From positions 1-32,941 of the forward strand of contig JANNVX010000012.1 of the NCBI GenBank assembly GCA_031414595.1: DNA of 32,941 nucleotides, given 5' to 3'. The notes under the pieces are model-generated. The model made no database searches and was not told the origin of the DNA. It saw only the letters and a program-made list of their open reading frames with translations. Of the stretch, positions 27,975 to 32,941 are shown in pieces (the stretch's first letter is position 1; each line of letters starts with the position of its first letter). Source of the stretch: Deinococcales bacterium (GTDB lineage Bacteria; Deinococcota; Deinococci; Deinococcales; JAAFIG01). Position numbers and translations under genes: made by a program.

Positions 27975-28044
27975 CCGCTCAAGCTGAGGCTCGAGGAGCA
28001 TTTTGAGGTCATCTCGCCCCAATGATACAGCTTATTCTCGAGCC

Positions 28045-28830
28045 GTGAAGCGCTTAGTTTGGGCATTGTTTTTTCTGCATTTGCTGATGCAACCGATTTA
28101 TGCGCTTTTACCCAGTCACCTCGAACTGACTGGCACACTTTTAATCGTCTCGAGCAGCACCGCCTTTGCTTTTTTTCATTTACTGGTCACTCGAGGTTGG
28201 AAAAGTGCATTTTTACTTTTGGCATTATGCTTTTTTGTGGCTGGTGGCTTTGAGATTTTAAGCGTTCAAACAGGTTTTCCCTTTGGTGTCTACACCTACG
28301 GCGCTCAACTTGGTTTTGCAGTGCTGGGCGTACCGCTTCTTGTGCCGCTTTGTTGGCAGATGATGGCACACAATGCCGCGACACTAGCAAGGCTTGCCGA
28401 CCCTCGAGCCGCCGTGCTGGTTGCATCTGGGGCATTAGTCGCGTGGGATGTTTACTTAGACCCGCAGATGGTACGCGGTGGCTACTGGACTTGGCAACGA
28501 ACCACGGGAGGCTTTATCTACCAAGGCATTCCGCTCGAGAATTATGCGGGTTGGTTCTTGACAGCGCTGATTATCTTTGGACTTTACTGGAAGCTGACCA
28601 AACCACAACCTATTTTGAGCCTCACAGTATTTGAAGCCTTACCAATACTCTCGTTCTTGTGGACTTGGTTTGGGAGCGGTTTGGTTAATATCGTTTGGTG
28701 GGGTCAGCCTGTGGTGGGTTTGGCAGGGCTTTTTTGTATGGGCTTTTTTGCTATTCCAGCCATTAAGCGCTTGCTTGAACTTGGGTTTTTGAGGGCTTTT
28801 TTGCGGTCTCGAGCTAAGAAAAATTTCTAA
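28045..28830 (+). CDS. cruF: Carotenoid biosynthesis protein (DUF422 / CruF-like carotenoid 1,2-hydratase)
   Basis: E.LSVQTGFPFGVYTY...LG..V.GVPL.VPL.W, AWDVYLDPQMV..GYWTW and GIPLENYAGW motifs. Start GTG 28045 with TATTCT -10 6 nt upstream. Confidence 0.8.
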   Translation: MKRLVWALFFLHLLMQPIYALLPSHLELTGTLLIVSSSTAFAFFHLLVTRGWKSAFLLLALCFFVAGGFEILSVQTGFPFGVYTYGAQLGFAVLGVPLLVPLCWQMMAHNAATLARLADPRAAVLVASGALVAWDVYLDPQMVRGGYWTWQRTTGGFIYQGIPLENYAGWFLTALIIFGLYWKLTKPQPILSLTVFEALPILSFLWTWFGSGLVNIVWWGQPVVGLAGLFCMGFFAIPAIKRLLELGFLRAFLRSRAKKNF

Positions 28831-28850
28831 GTTTGCGGTACGCTCACACC

Positions 28851-29345
28851 ATGAAAAAAATACTTCCAAAAGCAGGTCAAGAAAGCGTTTGGGATTACCC
28901 GCGTCCACCACGTCTCGAGCCTTGTGGTAAACGCATTCGGATTGTCTCGGGTGGTTTGGTGTTGGCAGATTCGATTCGTACTTTGCGTTTACTCGAGACT
29001 TCGCACCCACCAAGTTATTACATTCCACCAGAAGACGTGAATCTCGAGATGGTACAACACAGTTCAGCCTCGAGTTACTGCGAATTCAAAGGCGAAGCGG
29101 CATATTATGATTTGAAAACTGGGGCAAAGAATGCGGCATGGTTTTATCCAAGTCCGACTCGAGCCTACGCCGGACTGATGAATCACCTAGCGTTTTATCC
29201 GTCTCGAGTGGTGGTTCAAGCTGGTGATGGCTGCTTTGTGAATGATGAACGGGTGACACCACAAGCTGGGAATTTTTACGGCGGGTGGATTACGGCAGAT
29301 GTGGTGGGTTCTTTTAAGGGCGAAGCTGGTACTCAAGGTTGGTAG
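28851..29345 (+). CDS. DUF427 domain protein
   Basis: ESVWDYPRPPRLE, LETSHPPSYYIP, SYCEFKGEA and FYGGWIT..VVG.FKG..GT.GW. TACGCT -10 lies 6 nt before ATG. Confidence 0.9.
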   Translation: MKKILPKAGQESVWDYPRPPRLEPCGKRIRIVSGGLVLADSIRTLRLLETSHPPSYYIPPEDVNLEMVQHSSASSYCEFKGEAAYYDLKTGAKNAAWFYPSPTRAYAGLMNHLAFYPSRVVVQAGDGCFVNDERVTPQAGNFYGGWITADVVGSFKGEAGTQGW

Positions 29346-29752
29346 TGGTAAAAATTCGTGACCGGCACAGCAAAAACCCTTGCATAAGCTCGAGCCTTGA
29401 CTTGGCTGATGAGGCGTTTGGCGTTTAGGTACTTAGAAATCAGGCTCTGGTCAATACCAGTTGTTGCTGCTAATTGCACCTGATTGGTTTTTGTATTTTC
29501 CATGTACCACAAAAGCATTTCGTGCGGAGGGCTTAACTCGAGTGGATGGGCTTGGTCATAATCGGCAATCAGTTTAACAACTATCTCGAGTAAACCACGC
29601 AGTGCATGATTGGGTTGGTCTCGAGTGACCTCGAGTAAATCATCGAGCAGAGCTGCCAATTGGTCATAATGCGTTTCGGATTGAACGGGTTGCAAAATCC
29701 CACCAACTGAGTCTTGAAGCGCGTTCCAGTATTTTATGGTTGTTTGTTTCAT
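29333..29752 (-). CDS. higA: HigA-like antitoxin, XRE HTH
   Basis: 'PVQSETHYDQLAALLDDLL...LLEIVVKLIADYD...PPHEMLLWYME...Q.QLA..GIDQSLISKYLNAKRLIS' is the typical HigA architecture; AAAGAGG RBS. Confidence 0.8.
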   Translation of the reverse strand: MKQTTIKYWNALQDSVGGILQPVQSETHYDQLAALLDDLLEVTRDQPNHALRGLLEIVVKLIADYDQAHPLELSPPHEMLLWYMENTKTNQVQLAATTGIDQSLISKYLNAKRLISQVKARAYARVFAVPVTNFYHYQP

Positions 29753-29764
29753 GATGACCTCTTT

Positions 29765-29803
29765 TTACTCGAGCGCAGCAAGGGCTTTGGTAGAAACAGT
29801 CAT
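29765..29803 (-). pseudogene. 12-codon leaderless ORF MTVSTKALAALE*, possible remnant of the HigB toxin
   Basis: TACACT -10 box exactly 6 nt before ATG. Occupies the toxin position upstream of higA, weakly resembles HigB N-termini (MxVISxKAL), and ends at CTCGAG-TAA. Confidence 0.35.
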
Positions 29804-29907
29804 GGCTCGAGTGTACAAAGATTTCGAGCAGCAAGCAACCGCTAGACTAAACCTGCATATTTTCAATCAGTATTCAAAAAACTCTTTTGAAATGCTAGTA
29901 TAGAAAA

Positions 29908-30582
29908 ATGAAAAAGAACAGACAAGCGTGCGTAGTTCGAGCAAAACCTGACGGGAAAGATAGAGAAGAGCAGTTTTTAAGTGGCGGGATTGCTAGTTTA
30001 GGATACCCAAGTTTGGAAGATTTGAGAAATTCAAAAAATCAAATTTTATCTTTTGATGAAATTTTTGCAATTATGACCAGAGAATATGGAGATAGCCATA
30101 GTGTTTCACTTGCTACAACGCAGGTTTTTGCATTCGCAAATCTGCCTATTGGGTCAATCATTGTTACACCAAGTATCAAAACTCGAGATATTCATTTACT
30201 CGAGACTACGAGTGAATATTATTTTGACAAAACTGTTCCAGACGACGTTGGAAACCCACATCAGATTCGAGTGAAACACTTGAAAACCGTGTCTCGAGAA
30301 GTTTTTCCCATTGAATTTCAAGACATGCTTAAAGCCGCTAAAAAAGCTGTGACCAAATTACAAGGGCGCAATGAAGAAACCGTTTTTGCAGTTGTGGATG
30401 GTAATTCGCCCACGCCAAAAACTTTGCCAGAAGGAGTAGAAGCGAAAATCGAAAAGACGCTTTTGGAATTACTAGAAAGTGACTCAAGAGAAATCAGGAT
30501 ACAGGCTGCTATGAAGCTGATGGATAGCAATTCTGAAAGCGTACGACTTAAAGCTATCGAAGCTATCAATCCTAAAATTTGA
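29908..30582 (+). CDS. Protein with Mrr/McrB N-terminal-like (EVE/PUA-like) domain and C-terminal HEAT-like repeats, no nuclease domain
   Basis: 'VVRA....E.QFL..GIASLGY..L.DL...FA..LPIGSIIVTPS...SEYYFD...PHQIRVK.L..VSR..F' resembles the N-domain of long Mrr and McrB-like proteins. 'LLELLESDSREIRIQAA..L.DSNSESVRLKAIEAI' is HEAT-like. TAGTAT -10 lies 6 nt before ATG. Confidence 0.6.
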   Translation: MKKNRQACVVRAKPDGKDREEQFLSGGIASLGYPSLEDLRNSKNQILSFDEIFAIMTREYGDSHSVSLATTQVFAFANLPIGSIIVTPSIKTRDIHLLETTSEYYFDKTVPDDVGNPHQIRVKHLKTVSREVFPIEFQDMLKAAKKAVTKLQGRNEETVFAVVDGNSPTPKTLPEGVEAKIEKTLLELLESDSREIRIQAAMKLMDSNSESVRLKAIEAINPKI

Positions 30583-30602
30583 ATCTTCTTTTTGAATTTC
30601 TA

Positions 30603-30631
30603 TTGACAAATACTTACACTTGCTGTATTAT
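30603..30631 (+). promoter_or_regulatory. Near-consensus sigma70 promoter
   Basis: TTGACA-17 nt-TATTAT, followed by a leader with an AAGGAG RBS before ATG 30685. Confidence 0.75.
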
Positions 30632-30684
30632 TTTTAAGAGCGATTGCTAAGTCGGGAATGCTCTGAATCAAAAGGAGAAATTTT

Positions 30685-30981
30685 ATGTCTGAAGAAACAT
30701 ATCAAAAGCCTGCAACCGTCACTTCACCCAAGGAAGCGCTGGACCTCGGACCTATCTTAGTTGATTCAGGGGAGGGAGGCTATGCCTTAGCACTTGGAAA
30801 ATGGTACTCCCAACCAGTATTACTGATTCGTTGGAATGGCACTGTTGAGCAGCAAAAGGGCAACCCAATTTCTACCTTTCATGCTACATGGCTCGTGCTG
30901 CCAGACGAATTCCAGACTGCAATCGTTGGAACTCTATCCTTTAAAAATCAGCGTATTGCTCGAGAATTTTTGGAAGCATAA
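30685..30981 (+). CDS. Small conserved hypothetical protein (V.SPK...RWNG...GNP.S...TW..LP family)
   Basis: Strong promoter and RBS; the motif set is recalled from small uncharacterised proteins in mobile/accessory regions. Confidence 0.75.
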   Translation: MSEETYQKPATVTSPKEALDLGPILVDSGEGGYALALGKWYSQPVLLIRWNGTVEQQKGNPISTFHATWLVLPDEFQTAIVGTLSFKNQRIAREFLEA

Positions 30982-30982
30982 A

Positions 30983-31384
30983 GTGATTATTACAGGCAAT
31001 AAAAAACAAATCCCTCGAGAAATTTTACTCGAGGGAACTTGGTACGTTGGTCGTGGTCGTAATTCCAATTTCGGACTTTGGACTGGTACTTACTTTTTAA
31101 CCATCGGCTCGAGTATGGGCAATGCTGTAGCAAAGCACGAAGCCTATTACACCCCAAAAGCCGAGTGCGTTGGTGAACCCCCTGAAGAAAGTTGGGGTAC
31201 ATTCCAGCCTTTTCTTGCTTTAGACGATGGTGATGTTCTCGAGTTTGATGATGAATCTTATGGATATGCCAAAACTCTTAAATTCCCAAGTAAAGCAGGA
31301 AAAGCAAAACCTGATCCTAACTGGACTCTCGAGGGGCAGAAGCGTTTGAAAGCCTCTGCAAAACGAGCGCTTGGGCGTAAATAG
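30983..31384 (+). CDS. Hypothetical protein, phage-like (IP...L..G.WY.GR.RN....W.G..F...F.P)
   Basis: GTG start 1 nt after the upstream stop, suggesting coupling. The upstream part of the ORF-track call overlaps the previous gene and is probably not coding. Confidence 0.6.
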   Translation: MIITGNKKQIPREILLEGTWYVGRGRNSNFGLWTGTYFLTIGSSMGNAVAKHEAYYTPKAECVGEPPEESWGTFQPFLALDDGDVLEFDDESYGYAKTLKFPSKAGKAKPDPNWTLEGQKRLKASAKRALGRK

Positions 31385-31540
31385 TTCACGAAGCGGCTGG
31401 CGAAGCGGTTCTGCGCCAAACGCGAATTATTAACACGGCTCGGCGTTGGGCTTTGCTCGAGCTTTAACATCCTTGGATTTGCGGCAATCGTACTTTTGGT
31501 GCGATTTGGTCTTTGTATTCTCAAAAAAGCGGGTCTTGGT

Positions 31541-31843
31541 ATGCAAAAAAATTATCGTCAAGGCGATGTGATTCTCGTTTCGATCAACCCTCCAGAATCG
31601 GCTCGAGCCAAAGAAGTGGTTCTGGCTGAAGGTGAATTGTCTGGTCATGCTCACCGTATCACAAAAGGTTATGCGGTACTTCATGAAGAGGAATATTTTC
31701 GCTCAGGACAGTATATTCGCTTGCTCGAGTGCAGAACTGAGTGCGAATTAACCCATGAAGAGCATCACAAAATTATTTTGCCAATGGGTTTGTACCATGT
31801 ATCAATCCAGCGTGAATTTGGTCGGGATTATCGTGGTGATTAG
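31541..31843 (+). CDS. RQGD-motif His-rich small protein, usual partner of DUF6745
   Basis: YRQGDV, LAEGELSGHAH, LTHEEH..I.LP.G.Y.V..QREF. Confidence 0.85.
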   Translation: MQKNYRQGDVILVSINPPESARAKEVVLAEGELSGHAHRITKGYAVLHEEEYFRSGQYIRLLECRTECELTHEEHHKIILPMGLYHVSIQREFGRDYRGD

Positions 31844-32807
31844 TGCTTATCAACCCGGGTGGCGACCGCTCGATAAGTTGTTTCGTCAGCATTATTTGAT
31901 GGTCAATACCAATCAGGCTTGGGCGGAATCGGTTTATGCACGGCTTTATCGGCAACTCAGGTTGCCCAAGCCTCAGTTCTTGTGGTTTGAGAGTTCTGTG
32001 GCGCTCGAGGTGGAATTGGCAAAAATGAAGCCTTCTACCTGTGGTAAACCATTGGCTTATCCGCTGACCAAATTGTTTGAAATAGCGCTTGGGACGTTCT
32101 CGAGTGATGGCTTTGATCCAGTTCTTCTGAGTCGTTTGCACGGTCACATTTATAGGCTTTGGGCAATGGTGGATCAATGGTCGTTCCGGAATTATCAGTT
32201 ACATTTTGCGTTTCAAATGGCAAAACAAGTGTTTTATCGCAGCATTGGCCTGCAATACAGCCAAGAATCCCCAGAACACCTTCATTTTTGGTCTGAATTC
32301 ATGGATAGCGGTGCCAATTGGAGTGTCCCTTTTGAACACAAGGTCTTGTTTTGTAAAAGCCCAATCATCAGGCGTTGGACTGGAAAAACACATCCGATGC
32401 TTCATGCCGATGGCGAACCTGCCTTGGTATTTGGTGACAATCAAGCCGTTTGGTATTTCCAAGGTAAGCGATTGCACAATCTGCGTTACCATGTGCATAG
32501 TTCACTTTGGCAAGCCGACTGGCTGCATGACGAATCAAATTCACAGATGCGAGAACTCTTGATTGAAGTTTTGGGACATCAAAGACTACTATCTGAACTC
32601 GGCTCTCGAGAACTTGATTCTTGGCGCGAATACAAACTTTTGACGCTTGAGAATCATGAACTGCCGATCCGATTCCTGAGCATGACTTGCCCGAGTACAG
32701 GAAAGGAGAACCTTGTACGTGTACCTCCAAATGAAACAACGGCTCGAGAAGCAGCCGCTTGGATTGGGTGGGGCGTTGATCCAGAATCGTATTTGATTGA
32801 AACTTAG
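31836..32807 (+). CDS. DUF6745 domain protein
   Basis: LHADGEPALVFGD...WYFQG, WQADWL.DE.N...R..LIE.LG, ELDSWREY.LL and MTCPSTG....RVPP...TAREA.AW..WG.DPE. GTG start (31833 or 31836) overlaps the partner's end. Confidence 0.85.
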   Translation: MISAYQPGWRPLDKLFRQHYLMVNTNQAWAESVYARLYRQLRLPKPQFLWFESSVALEVELAKMKPSTCGKPLAYPLTKLFEIALGTFSSDGFDPVLLSRLHGHIYRLWAMVDQWSFRNYQLHFAFQMAKQVFYRSIGLQYSQESPEHLHFWSEFMDSGANWSVPFEHKVLFCKSPIIRRWTGKTHPMLHADGEPALVFGDNQAVWYFQGKRLHNLRYHVHSSLWQADWLHDESNSQMRELLIEVLGHQRLLSELGSRELDSWREYKLLTLENHELPIRFLSMTCPSTGKENLVRVPPNETTAREAAAWIGWGVDPESYLIET

Positions 32808-32941
32808 TGCAGCGTCGGATTAAGAAGTAATCTTTGGATACCTGTCCGCAAATTTCGTCCGAGCAGATTTGATCGAAAATTGCCAATTAATCTTTATACA
32901 GCGCTTATTCCGCTCTTTAACCCAAGTCTTTACTTCACGCT
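32805..32941 (-). mobile_element. End of a second, different IS630-family element: transposase C-terminus 32820..32939 (-), terminus TA|GTGCAGCGTCGGA
   Basis: Minus strand reads REVKTWVKERNKRCIKINWQFSIKSARTKFADRYPKITS*, matching the IS630 'W...RN.....I.WQF....AR.K....YP' tail. The element end abuts TA at 32805-32806. Confidence 0.8.

Noticed and set aside
31382-31540. Stop-codon readthrough fusing the 30983 ORF to the RQGD protein (the frame stays open for 52 codons after TAG)
   Set aside because: An open stretch of this length is plausible by chance, and RQGD proteins normally start just before the RQGD motif.
29333-32807. Prophage
   Set aside because: No integrase, structural, replication or lysis genes; better described as a small accessory island.
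1-32941. Whole window as a composite transposon bounded by IS630 elements
   Set aside because: The two transposase tails and termini are unrelated in sequence and the cargo includes core genes (lnt, korAB); assembly breaks at repeats are the simpler explanation.

Overview
A 33-kb bacterial chromosomal segment, most likely from a Deinococcota (Deinococcales-like) organism with unusually moderate GC (mid-40s % by eye, not computed). The assignment rests on Thermus/Deinococcus-style solute-binding proteins, a CruF-like protein and many leaderless -10-box/ATG starts. Both ends run into the 3' ends of two different IS630-family transposases that the ORF track missed. The left one truncates a tandem-GNAT gene; the right one sits in the TA of a stop codon. 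Core content: a GH20 hexosaminidase, two metallophosphoesterases, lnt, a LolA-like protein, four orphan ABC solute-binding proteins, a PIG-L deacetylase, korAB, Uma2, MFS, CruF-like and DUF427 genes. Accessory content: a complete C-protein-regulated ScaI-family type II R-M system with C-boxes; a DUF559 nuclease next to a 150-bp REP-like inverted doublet; a 1023-aa Ig/beta-propeller lipoprotein; and a right-hand island (orphan HigA behind a 12-codon toxin-like stub, an Mrr-N-like/HEAT protein, two phage-like small ORFs, an RQGD + DUF6745 pair). The most striking non-gene signal is the palindrome CTCGAG, about 150 copies by manual count versus about 6 expected, in all reading frames. It is built into a repeated terminator family, a tandem repeat, several promoters and two apparent rearrangement junctions. 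GATC, GGCC and AGTACT, by contrast, appear strongly avoided.
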